A stretch of 54,779 nucleotides of DNA, filler included, from Porpidia crustulata (Eukaryota): assembly GCA_964255105.1 (NCBI GenBank). It is 4 parts of 4 records of this genome, joined end to end, with 100 filler letters (N's around TTAATTAATTAA, not from the genome) between each part and the next. Parts side by side here need not be neighbours in the genome. Positions count along the whole stretch, not along the records: positions 27,459 to 41,075 come from CAXUWE010000427.1; positions 41,176 to 54,779 come from CAXUWE010000428.1; 2 more parts are not named here. The stretch is one strand, 5' to 3'. The number at the start of each line of letters is the position of its first letter. Positions within the stretch are counted from its first letter, which is position 1. A program made the translations under genes and the position numbers. The notes under the pieces are model-generated. The model did no database searches and was not told where the DNA came from. It was given only the letters and a program-made list of their open reading frames with translations. Positions 38,543-51,400 of this stretch are shown one piece after another.

Positions 38543-40652
38543 ATGTCTTCCTCAGAACTCTCTCCACTCTCTTCTGCTCTTTCTTCCGATAACGAAATCG
38601 CATCCGAGCCGGTTAATATAAGTGGTATCGATCGGTATTTCAAGAGTAAATCCAACGACACAAAACAAGCCTCTCCTCCAGCTAAGAAAAAACGACCGCC
38701 TTCACCACCTCACGAGTATGCACTCGCGGATAATGCAGATATCGCAGTAAGTTGGCAAACTCTCCAGAATATGGCCCGTTCTGGATAACTCGTCGAGTCT
38801 TCAACAATCGCGCCGCTAACACTTTGTACGCGTAGTTCATTTGTATATTCCGTTCACGATTTAGCGACGCTTTCCCGAAATCGCTGCCTCATTTAGGACC
38901 GCAAGACATAGAGATTGGCGTTGCCGAATCGGTACCAGGGGAGCAAATCGAGAGGCTGCTATGTGCTCTCCTCGGCCTTGTCTTGAACCGGAAGAAAGAA
39001 GTCGAGTGCGTGATTCTACAGCCCATGTTGAAAGCCATCTTACGCCATCGGAATTGCTTTGACACGCGAGAGTCACAAGTCTCCGAGCTAACGTCTTTGT
39101 AGAAGGGGACACTTTCAGCGGGCACTTGAAGAAGCCATCCAGACCCATGCTAGCCTATGGCCTGTGGCATGGAATGGGAAGAATCCTCTACATGGTGGTG
39201 GGAGTTGGGTTAAGATGGATCCAACGCTACGAGTATGTTCCGGACTCTCTCCTGATGTGGTCTGCAACTAATGACCAATTTTAATCCAGCTCACTCTTTT
39301 GAAGTCTCTCATCATATGGAGCCTTGGCTCTTCTGATGTGGTTCAAGCCATCATCAAGGAATCATATAAGCAACAGCGTCATGACGACGACTTGAACCAA
39401 CCCTTATCAGTGCAACCCTGGGGGCGTGATGGCGACAAGCGCAGATTCTGGCTCATCGAGGGTCAGGACGACACACATTTCAGACTATACAGAGAGAGCA
39501 ACCCAGTTCTTAAGCACAACACATGGCGAAGCGTAGCAGGGTCAATTGACGAACTCAAAGAGGTCGCAGATCGTCTAGGAGAGGATGGTACGCAGGCCTC
39601 GCGACGGCTGCGAGACCGAATAACACAAGCGATTCCGCGATTCGAAGCATCAGAAGATGTTTGTCATCTCCAAAAGTGTCATTGCTCTCCTAAGATCCTG
39701 TACTAACCCTTGTATTCAGAAGCGGAAACGTAGAGACTACCGTAACGCTCGTAAAGCTCAGTTCACTCGTCCGGAACCAGGCTTCTCCCTTTACGAAGGC
39801 CGCACCCGCGGCAAGCGAATCCGATATACTTATTCAGACGAAGAGGAGGGAGGCTCTGATGCTTTATCCGTAAGGAACTCAACCCGGCAGTCAGGCGTGT
39901 CGACTCCGGCTGAACCTGCTGGACCTACCTTCACTGCTAGTGGTCGACAAGTCAAATCTAGAGTTGGGGGCGCTTATGGTGAAATTATACACAGCGGGCA
40001 ACACGAAGAGAGTGAGCAGCCTGCGGTTGGTATTATTAAAGATACTGGTGAGGGTGAAGAGCAGCCGACGTCCACAGGTCGGCCTCGACGGTCAGGCTAT
40101 AAGGTTGGAGTCAGCCAGAAGCCTCGAAGCCGGCAACACATAGAGGGCTATAACTCTGTGGACGATATGGAAGACGAGAGTGACGCGACTTCAAGTGGCG
40201 GGGAGTGGGAGGGTGGCGACGACGACGACGACGCCAATGATAACATCGCAGATGAGGAGGATGATGGGGATGTCGACATAAGCGAAGACGATGCCAGTGA
40301 CATAGAAGAGGAAGAGAGAGAAGAGGGTTACGGTCGAATGCAAAGCCTTGTGGTGTCCTTGAGATATCAGAAAAACCACGACGTGTTTGACCACAATACC
40401 AATTTCACCGAGGGAGCTCGACGCGATCAATTGAATGCTCATCAGCTCACTCCACTTCTCGGACACGAAAATCTTGACTCGAGATCCTACCAAAGCGCAA
40501 ATCCTGCGCCTCCAATTACCAACATACACGCCGCTGTTGCAGAAGTGTCTACAGAAACCTTTCCTCCACCTCGTCCCATTCCTAACGGAACGACGCTCAA
40601 CCATACTTTACTGGCCCGGTCTAGGCAAGAGAGCCCTCCGGCCTTAGCATAA
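38543..40652 (+). CDS. WHIM1/WSD-motif chromatin protein (Ioc3-like ISWI accessory subunit), 5 exons
   Basis: SPPHEYALADNADIAFICIFRSRFSDAFPK..LLCALLGLVLNRKK..NPLHGG..RLTLLKSLIIWSL..QPWGRDGDKRRFWLIEG..FRLYRE..SLYEGRTRGKRIRYTYS, acidic tail. Introns 38747-38835, 39006-39102, 39233-39289, 39659-39719. Confidence 0.8.
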
Positions 40653-41075
40653 TGGATGGGCTATGTGGAAACTTCGTTCGGCTGGCTCGCTAAACGTGCC
40701 TGAGCGGGATAGCCATGTAATGATTTGGCCATCTCGGAATTCTGTTCAAACAGCATCTTGCTCTGCGTAAGGAACGGAGACTGTAGCTTCGAGGCACTTG
40801 CCATAGATGCTTGGAGGCATAAGAAACTGACTGCGATCCCGAGGCATCGTGCCCTTCTCATGCTCTGAGCACCCACAATAGAGCCGGCTTTTCCACGTGC
40901 TTTACATGTAACATATTGCAGCCTACCAATAGATTTGCCTCAAATCCTCCCACACCATGCCTCAGGTTGGACTAGACGTAGCAACGCTCCCCTACATCCA
41001 TAGCCAGCAACCCATGCAAAAACGATGCTCCTCGCTATGTACATTTCAACCTTCCAAGATTCCTCACCTACTACC

Positions 41076-41175
41076 NNNNNNNNNNNNNNNNNNNNNNNNN
41101 NNNNNNNNNNNNNNNNNNNTTAATTAATTAANNNNNNNNNNNNNNNNNNNNNNNNNNNNNNNNNNNNNNNNNNNN
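41076..41175. other. Artificial assembly linker
   Basis: 44 N + TTAATTAATTAA + 44 N. Confidence 0.97.
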
Positions 41176-41580
41176 CGGTTTGAGGGGGTATTTATCTTTG
41201 CTGGTGGTGTTCTTGTTGGCGGAAAGTTTGTTGGGTTGCCGGCGGGTACGTTGGGAAGAGGAGGGGTTGATTGAAGGCGTGGAGGAGGAGTTGATGGGGT
41301 TCCACAGGGAGGTGAAGGGAAGGGATCGAAGCTGTCTAGAGCTGCGTAGGATGGTGTCAAGGAGCGAGAAGCGGACGACGGGCGGGTTGGAGGTTTGGGT
41401 GTGCGTGGGGAGTATCTCAATACTCTGCGATGCTCCCCGTCGGTCGTCAGCTGGTGGGCATTGCTGTGGAATATCCTTCGTGCTCGCTTCGATGTTCGGA
41501 GGAGCGTGATGAGCGGTGCTTGAGGAGGCCGTGATTTCCGCGTTCTGATTAGCTCGTCCCTCGGGACAAGGGGCCGAGTT
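41176..41580 (-). CDS. Possible exon of an orphan gene cut by the gap
   Basis: 135-codon stop-free frame (...SQSIEILPTHTQTSNPPVVRFSLLDTILRSSRQLRSLPFTSLWNP...KDKYPLKP) with C-ending codon bias running into the N linker. No ATG or clean splice acceptor identified. Confidence 0.25.
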
Positions 41581-42893
41581 TTAGGTCCGGGAAACGTTAG
41601 CTGCAGGTTGGTACAGGACGTTGCTCAAAGTCTTCTATTTCTGGAAATCGACGATATATCAACCTCGCTCAACTTGATGATTCGTCTTGTCAACAGAAAT
41701 GATGATGATAAGGTATACCTTTTCGCATTGACAGACGTGTCTAGGTAGATTGCGGCGGTAATTCGGACCACAAAAACACGCTCTTTGGGCCCTGAATTAA
41801 TTTCGAAGGAAATGAGCGTTTAAGCCGTCCCGTAGATAACTTTCCTGCCCTTTTCCTGCCGCTTCCACGCATCCGTCGTATCACAAGCCTGTACGTGCTT
41901 CGGATGACTGCTCGAGTGTGCGTGTTGAGGCTGTGCGATTGGATTGAGAGCTTGCGATGGGTTTGTGAGTGTTTCGATGTGCGTGTTCTGTTACTATAAG
42001 AGTATCGAGGATATATAGAATCTTTTGAGAAGCATGTGTAGAGTACCGCTCGTTGTTTATAGCCATTGCGATCTGTCTCTGTGCCTCCATCTCGATCTTG
42101 TGGCGGAGCACTCCGCCGCTTCAGCTCCTAGGCAACAAGACAGCAAGGGGCAACTGACAGCTCAGGTCAATCATCGGAGCAAATGTATATTGGCCGGTCT
42201 TTCTGTTTTTCATTCTCGGAATTTAGGAAGTTTATGCTTAGTGATCTCGGAAGAATAACTTGACAGCCCAGGTCAGGCTTTATATCACCATTGATAGGTG
42301 GAAATCTACGATGAGAAAACCGAGGTCTCGGGTCCGCAACCAGCCAGTAGAAGACTGCTAGGAGTCAGCATCATAAGGTTCATGAATCTCTTGACCCCAT
42401 CTGCTTTGCGCACGCTGGAGAATGTGTCAATGCGTGTACTACTGAGCTACTCCACAACTACGAGGAGGCTAGCAGACCGTATAGAGCACTCGGACATTTG
42501 TTGTCTACTGCATGGCTCACACATTGTATCTACGAGCTGCATCCTATGACCCGAAATGCACATGATGAGCAAATGGCCATCGAGGCTGACGCGGAGTGTC
42601 TTATCAAGCAAAAGGCTGACTAGCGATTGCGAGATTGCTGAGTTTGTTGATAATCGTTAGTGACACTCGCTCATTGCACGCACTGGCTTTGTAGGCGATC
42701 GAGTGTGGCGTGTAGATGGTCTGCGATCCGCAAAGGCTCAAGGTGGTTGATTGGGTGATAGACTACACTTTGGCTGGCTGGTTGTGCCCTTTGGTGTGCT
42801 TGATTTCTTCTTATCAATGCAATCTCTTGAATCAGGGGATGCCTAAAGTCAATCAAGAGCGAGCGATAGCTCAGGTCGACCATCGGACGAGCG

Positions 42894-44808
42894 TCACGCA
42901 TCGACCAAACAGGCACTGTCCACAGCCCCGAAGCCCGCCGCCACCCCTCCCTCTTCGCTCTCTCTCCCCTTTGTCCTCAGCAAGTATCCCGCCTCCCAGT
43001 TTTTCAGTATCTGCCCCCGACCCGAACCCTCGCTATTCCGCCACAGGCACACACCATAGATCCCTAATTCTCCAATCACCTCCCCACTCTTGACCTCTCC
43101 GTTTCTTAGAATCGAGTTACGTAGCGCTGGGGGCTCGATAAGTTCCATCAGGATATGTGCTCTCCATTTTCGTTCATCGTCGCCAAGTGACTTGAGGAAA
43201 GGTGGGATCTTCGTGCCGTAGACGTTGTTGCCACCACCTTCGCGCTGTGGCTTGAGCACGTATTTCGCGGAGTCGGTTGTAGAAGTGGCAAGAGCGATGG
43301 CGTGTTTTCCAGCTGAAGTATCGTCGAGTGGGTAGATATCTGTAAATGTATTTCGAATCCGTGAGATTTGCTCTGGGCTTGTGGAAGACAGAAAACGCGA
43401 TAGATGTGGAGAGGATGGTGTGGCGAGAGTCTGCTGGATCTTCTTAGAGCCGGCGAGGTGCGTGAGGATGGAGGGGCATTTGATAGCGGCGGAGCGCTCG
43501 AGATGCAAACGTGAAGGCCAGGCGTCCGGATCGTTAAACTCCGAGGGGCTGTAGCCAGCACGGAAGTAGAGCAGACTTACTTCGTAGTGGATATTTGGGG
43601 CGTGAGGAGGCGTGTATACAAGAGGTCGTGATGGGTTATTGGCGGGGATTTTAGTGCACGCAAGGATTGAGGGAAAGGGAAGGCGGAAAGTGGGGATACG
43701 GTGATGATCGGTGAGATGGGCAGATAGGGCAAGTTGGTCAAAGACGTTATTCTCGGAGTTTTGGACGATGAAGATGATGCAGAGAGGGAGCGGAAGGGTG
43801 GTTTTTGGCGGCCCATAGGCAAGGTGAGCTGTCGCTAGGCCAAGGGAGAGAGAGCTGATGCTTGGATTTGAGGGCAGGGAGGAGAGGGTGATTAAAGGAG
43901 AATCGTCTGGTGATGGGTAGGCGCCGACGGAAAGGAGGTGACTAAGATGATTATTAGAGGATACACGGCCAAAATTACTGACTAAAACGTGCCTGTGAAG
44001 GGCGGAGACTTTGGAGGATAGACCACCAAATGATGAGGCAATCGTATTGAATTCTACTTGTTTGATTTGAGGTCTTGCAGACAGCTTTGAAGGATCTTTG
44101 TGAACCATGTAATCGGAGCGGAACAGACCCAGGGATAACGCCTGAAAATTTTCAGCGAGTGGTCCTACGAATAACTTTGATAGCATGCCAACAAATACCT
44201 GAACATAGCCTTCTTTCTTCACGGCCAAATGGACGTCCCATAATTTGGCGATGAAATCATCTACCTCAACTAGCCTGCAAGCGATATGTTAGGGAATCAT
44301 TTCTTGTTCGCATGCGTCTCCTTTGATGAGAATTAAGCAACGATTGAATGTAAACGTATTGCCTTAGTGATATTTCGAACGATGTATGTAGTCTCAAAGA
44401 AATCTCGAGTGATAAAGGAACAAATTGTCCCACCATGCCAAAAGGATGAATTTAGATACGGAGAGTCACAGTCGAACAATTTGTAGTGGTGAGAGATAAG
44501 GCATACTCCTCTACAATTTCTCTCAGCCATTCTTCGTCTCTTGCAATCGAGGCGTAGAGCTCATTGTAGGCAACCTGTATGGTTCTCGCTTCTTCGAAGC
44601 ATGATCGGGGAAAGAGACTTGGGAAAAGAGTGACTGGTGCTGTCACTGCAAGGGAGCCAGAGGAGTCCACGTCCCGAGGGACAAAGGCTGCCGACGGCCG
44701 TACGGCTAATCCGTTGAGAATTGACCAATCTCTAATGTTGGAAAGTAAATACTCCACTTGTTCAGGTGTCAATGATGGAGGGTAGTGCGAGTTAATAGAG
44801 GCCGCCAT
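42894..44808 (-). CDS. GSH2: Glutathione synthetase, 4 exons
   Basis: APVTLFPSLFP, LGLFRSDYMVH, IKQVEFNTIASSFGGLS, LYFRAGYSP, KCPSILTHLAGSKKIQQ, YVLKPQREGGGNNVYG, GELGIYGV, GYLLRTK..EGGVAAGFGAVDS. Introns 44506-44275, 44198-44142, 43992-43942 (GC-AG). Confidence 0.96.
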
Positions 44809-44952
44809 GAACGATTTTCCCGGCGCTTTAGAGATCTTGCGGTGGCAATGATCAGCATTGATCAGTCTCAACTCGCCCAAGATATGTAGAATTGACTTCC
44901 AAACGAGAAATAGTTGATGACTTCGGTGCTACTATATCTACTATATTAGCTC

Positions 44953-45031
44953 TCATCCTTCAACGGGCCACTTTTATCAACACTAGTGGATATAACCCTA
45001 ACCCTAGGATGTTTGGCCCGTTGAGGGGTGA
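44953..45031. repeat. 18-bp inverted repeat enclosing a telomeric (TAACCC)2.3 tract in the GSH2/SNF2 divergent promoter
   Basis: TCATCCTTCAACGGGCCA (44953-44970) versus TGGCCCGTTGAGGGGTGA (45014-45031): 16 Watson-Crick + 2 G-U pairs. TAACCCTAACCCTA at 44993-45006. Confidence 0.85.
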
Positions 45032-45451
45032 CGGCAGGTAGAAGGCTGTCAAGCGACAGAAATTGAGTGAATTCTCACACGATAATAGACGGTATTTACC
45101 TTACTTTCGATGCGTTCATGCGCGTATCTAATCTTCTTACCTTATCGAGCGATATGATACGGCCTCTACAGAGCATGATATTGAGACAGATGATGTTACA
45201 ATCTGCATGGAACGATTGATTATCCTAGTGATTATAGACATCTTCTCGTCTCATGTTACGTTTCAAACGCCATTGCTGATTAGACGCTGGAACCAGAAGA
45301 CGCCCTAAGCACTACTCTCGAAGTGAGCCTTTACCTCACTGGAACATAGGAAAATTCACTGCTTTCGAAGAAGGTCAACTGCTTCTTTGGACCATGGAAG
45401 CTTCCTTGCCATTCAATATTTCCTAACGTATACCCTTTGTTGCATCACAAA

Positions 45452-48400
45452 ATGAGCGTCTTTATGACACCAGCGCCTCTTATACCTGAGACCGTACAGG
45501 CCATGACTCCTCCACGAGATTCGTACGAGGTAGCCTCGACTGGCCATAGTGATCCTTGGGACTGGACTGTTGACGAAGTTGTAACAACGTTATGCGGAAG
45601 AACTCACTCACTGCTCGCTTCTCTGGATCCTCGATCACTGCCTGACCCCGTCTCTCTTGAAGCAGCTCTCCGCGAGAATGGTGTGAGTGGCCCTACGCTT
45701 CTCCTTCAGCTAGACCATACATCTTTACGGCACGATCTTGGAGTGAAGGCCCTTGGCCCGCGAGGCACAATCCTACAATTGATCACAACGCTTCGTCGAC
45801 AGTCTCCAAAGTACTTGAACAATATATACGAAGAGGCTGTGGCTACTCCTTTACCAGGGTATGGCAGGGTTTCAAAGGTCGGACAAGATACTAGACTAGG
45901 ATCTCCTTACCATGAATCACCATTTTACTATGCTCCGCGGGCAATATCAATCTCTTCGGGAGTACTACGATCTCCGATCATGCTACCTGGGCGTTGTGAA
46001 AGTCCCGCACAACCCCATGTGCCGGCAGACGAGGGCTCAATACATCCTATGGCAAGACCTGACGACCAGCACCCTAGTCTTACACATGAAGGACCTGAAT
46101 TGCAGGCATCTGATCATCAGGGCCCACGACGTACAGACACCATAGAGACAACGAGTGCATTGAATACCGCTGTTTCTATTGCAGATGATTCTTCATCCCC
46201 GCAGGCTGCTACGGATCCTGGGGTTATAGGATTTGATGCGAAGGAGACTGATATGGAGGATCACAATATTCTCAGTATAGCCGGGCCAACTCACCGAGTG
46301 AATGAAACTTTTGTCCTAGACAAAACCGGACGAAAGCGGCGGAGATTGGTCCTAGATCCAGTAAAGTCATCGGACAGTTTTGCAAGTAATGAGCCAGTCT
46401 ACCCGCATGCTGCACAAGCTGAAAACATATCATCCACGAGTGATAGTACTAGAGATACTGGGAGCGACACTATGACGTCTGCATACATCGAGGAAGCGAT
46501 TTCGAAGGAACAAGAGACTTATGAAGTCCAGCTGCTGCGTGAACCAAAGACTTCGGCGTTTGATAGCAATGAGCAATCTTCGCCATGCCTCCCAATCAAT
46601 GATGAAATATCGACTCCCTTGGAAGCGGTAACGGAACCTGGGTTCCTTGTGATAGATGGTCAAGGACGGAAGAGAATGAGACCGATCCTAGTCTCCCAGC
46701 CTAACGCAAAGCCTCCAGGCAATAACGCTGTCCAAGAAGCTCTGACGTACGACGATAATAGTGATAAGTTGGTCGACCAGGGTCGCAATGCAGCAACAAG
46801 GAAACCTATCGATTCTTACCTTGGTCTTCAATCGTTTCCGGTTGAAAAGATTTTCTACGACAGCATCGCTATTGGCAAGCAATTGGAGAACGAGAACATG
46901 CTTCTGGACACTGGGGATAGATCCGATATAAATACCTGCTACCGTCGGGAAAGCAATGGATTATCTCGTTATATAAACTCTCGGATGAAGCACTTTCTGA
47001 GTGCAAAGCTCATTGAAACATCTGACCAAAATGGTGAAAAAGCGGTTGGCATCGTTCCATATCCTAGCAGAATTGCCAGACTGCATCAGCAGCTTTCTAT
47101 GACGCTATTCAACACATCAAAGGGAAAGCTTACCGTCTTGCGGGTCGATCGAGCGAAATGGCTTAAGACTAACCATCCTCGCTCGATCAATCGTGTAGAT
47201 CTAGATGCTGACCCCATGACCTCCCAATCTACCACGTTCGATCTACCGCTCAAGCACTTAGAACGTGATGATCAAGATTGGGGTCACCTTGAGAAGTGGA
47301 ATTATGCTGGTGATGATGAGATATTACCGACGTACGGGGAATCTGGATCTGAAGGAGAATACGACATGGACACCTGGCTGGAAATGGAGAAGGAGTCTGG
47401 AAAGATCGAGAGACCCTTAGGCAAGAGGAACCGGCAGAAGCTCAACATAAAGACCGTTGAAGAGACCATGGATCAGGTCCTAAGTCAGATTGTCCAAGAC
47501 TGGCACTCGAAACAGGAGCCCAAGTTGCAGACGAAAGCAAGGCGATTGTGGGTCAAGTCCAAACGCGATAGGAACAAGCAGGAGCAAATTGATGAATTTG
47601 CTAATACGATCGATAATCTTCAAATTCGTTTGATCAAATTAAGGGAGGAAATCGCAAAAGAAGAATGGTCGACTGTTATAAATCTTTCCAAGCAGTGCAA
47701 GATCATGCAGCCATCTGTGTTCGATCTTGAGTATCTTAAATGGAAGATAGCTATCCTGAATCTTGATTCGGCCCCTGAAAAGTTAAGTATATCCGTTGTG
47801 AAGTCAAAGATCAAACGATCACTGAGTCAAAAAGTCACTTTCCAGAAAGATGAAGAAATCCCGGAGAGTACTGTTAGTGATGTAGAGAGCTCGGATGAAG
47901 ATATGGATGGGTTTGTTGTCCCTGATGACGTCGATGATAATCGTGTCCTTGATGATGAAGCTGCAATGACTGGAATCGGCGAGGAGCAGGCGTCGGATAC
48001 ATCCGTGGACGACGAGATTCAGCCAGTGCCAATGGTCATTGCAAGTTCTTCCGGGGTATCCGATCCGCAGACCCCACAAACCTGGAGCAAGGAGTCCACT
48101 GCGATGACAATCGCCAAGAATGACCGTACGCAGCAAACAGAAATTATTGATCTAACGCAACAATCAGAGACTGAAGAACCTGATGATACACCCATACCTA
48201 AGCCGAAGAGATCAGTAGCGATACGGACACCCCCGCTCTACTCGAGTGATGATGACCCTTTTGTTCGCAGCAGGCGGATAAAGCCGTTCTTTAAGATGCC
48301 ACCCATCGCTGATAGCGTTATCGATCTTGAGAGCGATTCGGCCTATTCTACTGCCGGAGATAATGACCAAGTCCCATTGGATTTGCCTAATCTGCAGGAT

Positions 48401-51400
48401 ACTGATAATATCAAGAAGCTCAGCTCGAGGTTTTTGGTAGAGCGAGGAGATCGCAAACGTTTACTACTATGGCACATCGCCAGAACCGGGGCTTTGGACC
48501 GTGGTCTTGCCTTCTCGTATTTAGAAAATGTTGATCAGAGTGTGCTGGAAAGGTCCATCACCTTGGGATTAAATACCATGATAAATATGAAGACTCCCAA
48601 ACATAGGATCCGGGGGTGGGACGATGAGGACTCTGCGACTCTCATGCGCATTGCTGCATGGTTAGTTTGCTGGACCATTCCTGTTGCGCTCGATCAGAAG
48701 TCTGGGTTGAAGAAAAATCATGTTGATACAGTATTAGCGGACAAAGAGTGTTTCCAGCCCTTCTGGGATTTTCTAATTACCTGTCCAATACTCTTTCGGA
48801 AGAATTTTTCACCTGAGGTTGTTTCCTTGGATCCAGAGGGACCTACGCCATCAAAGAACAAAAGACAGAAGATTCTCCCCGGGGTATCCGATGAAGAAAG
48901 GGGGAACACTCAACGGAAGAAGCGCAAATTCGTGCTACCGGAGAGCCAAGCTACTCTAGACCTTCGTGCTGGTGCTCAGCAGCGCGTTCAAGAAAGAGAC
49001 AACCGCCAGAAACAGCTCAAGCGTCGTCTCCGGGAGATGGGCGCCAAGATCGATTCATCCCAAGTGGTGGTCAACACTGGGAAATTTGATCATCAGGAGT
49101 TCATATTTCTCAACCCAATCATTGGGGACCGTATACAGCCTCATCAGATAGAAGGAGTTCAATTTATGTGGCGAGAGATAACCGCAGATTTTGATAACCT
49201 GCAGGGATGTCTATTGGCTCAGACCATGGGCCTCGGAAAGACTATGCAGGTCATTGCCTTATTGGTGAAAATTGCAGAGGCCGCAAAATCGTCCAGCGTG
49301 AATGTACGCAATCAAGTGCCGCCAAAACTTCGAGCGTCTCGAACTTTGATACTCTGCCCTCCTGCTCTGATTGAGAACTGGTGGGAGGAATTTCTTATGT
49401 GGACGCCAATGCCTACCGCAAACAACGTTGGCGATATTCGGAAGGTAACCACGTCGCTCAAGCCTAAAGAACGTCTTTGGGAGATCCAAGCTTGGATGGA
49501 TGAAGGTGGCATCCTGCTCATGGGATTCAACACGTTCAGGGCATACATTGATAATAAGGCGAAGAAGGTTTCAGGTACCCCACTTGATGAAGACCAGCGC
49601 GCTATAGTAGAAGAAGCTTTATTAAAGCGACCAGCCATAGTCGTTGCCGACGAAGCCCATGCGTTGAAAAATGCTGGGTCTGGCATCAATCGTGCTATGA
49701 GCCGCATTGAGACAAAGAGCCGTATTGCCCTCACTGGATCGCCTCTAATGAATAACTTGGAGGAATATTACTCCTTGATTGATTGGATTGCCCCAAACTA
49801 TCTCGGAACCCTACCAGAATTTCGAGCTAATTTCGTGGAGCCAATCCAAGGGGGGTTCTATCAAGAAAGCACTTACGCCGATTATCGTCATGCCATGAAA
49901 AAATTGGAAGCCCTCAAAACTGACCTTGAGCCCAAGACTCATAGAGCGGATATCTCGGTACTGGAGGGACTAAAGGAGAAGCAGGAGTTCGTCATTAGAG
50001 TGCCTCTGACTGAATTGCAGGAGCAAGTTTACCGAATCTATGTGGATTGTATGTTGTCTGCAAGTAAAGAAGTAACACTTCCCAGGCTGTGGGCTTGGCT
50101 AGCCACGTTACAATTACTATGCAATCATCCTAAGTGTTTCAGGGACAGGCTGTTGGCAAAAGAAGCAGAAGAGGCAAGCAAGAATAAAACCGCCCTGACT
50201 GAGAAAGAAAGAGAAAGCCAACGCTCGAGCGCTTTGGGACAAGGTTCAATTCTGTTGGACGATCACCCGGCTTACTTAGAAGAGCCAGTCTCCTCCATCG
50301 GAATCACCGAAACGATGGCTGAGAAGCAGCTGAAGCCTTTCATTACATTGACTGAGCCATTAACTTCCATCACGCTGGCCCACAAAATGCAGATATTGAT
50401 GGACATCTTGGAGTTCTCTAAGCAGGCTGGAGACAAAGTTCTGGTCTTTTCGCATAGTATTGCAACCCTTGACTTTATCGAGGCTCATCTCAGAAAGTCT
50501 AACAGGAATTTCTCACGAATTGATGGGAAGACAAGGACGTCTGATCGGCAGCAGCTTACAAAGGCCTTCAACGTAGGTCAGATTGAGGTTTTTCTAATAT
50601 CTATAAGGGCTGGTGGACAAGGTCTGAATATGTATGGTGCAAATCGTGTTGTGATACTGGATGGCCATTTCAACCCGATGTATGAAGAACAAGCTGTTGG
50701 AAGGGCTTATCGCCTGGGGCAGATGAAGCCTGTCTTTGTTTACTACCTCACGGCAGACGGGACATTCGAAGAAGGCATTCAAAACCAATCCCTGTTCAAG
50801 CAACATTTAGCGAAAAGAGTAGTAGATGATAAGAAACCCATTCGTCTCGCAAAGAAAGGAGTAGGTCAGTACCTATTTCCGCCAAAGGCTGTCGGACAAC
50901 AAGATTTGCAGGAATTCAAGGGAAAAGATCCTCTGGTCCTAGACCGTATCTTAGCTAAGCACGAGAAAAGCCAGATCATCCGGTCGATGGACTTCACTGA
51001 AACCTTTCATAAAGAAGATGATATGAAGCTCACGGAGGAGGAGAAAAAGGAAGCCGAACAGATGCAAAGAGATATACAATTTCGTCGTCGGAACTCAAGC
51101 GCCCTCCATGTTCTAACTGCTGCGCAAAGAGATCCAGCCCATGCCACCTTCGCGGGTGCTGGTCCTGCATCCAGGCCGCTTTGGACTCAGGAATCGCATT
51201 TGAAACCTAGCTATGGCATCAATAAATCTCCGCCACACCTTGGTCTCGCTGCGGCAAGGTCTCCGATTATGACAAGCCCATTTTCACAACAGCTTGGTAC
51301 AGCGTCAGTCCCCGGGGTGGACACGCACCTGCTTTTGCATGATCAATTTCGCCAGACTACGAGTGTGAAGAATCCGCCCAGCGCTTCTGTTCCCCCCGCA

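Noticed and set aside
42562..42619. ATGATGA..CTGA..CTGA boxes
   Set aside because: Only ~58 nt, no recognisable rRNA guide or terminal stem.
44993..45006. Canonical telomerase RNA gene or true chromosome end
   Set aside because: Only 14 bp of repeat, internal to a 640-bp divergent promoter, with no pseudoknot seen; Pezizomycotina telomerase RNAs are much longer. Kept only as part of the stem-loop finding.
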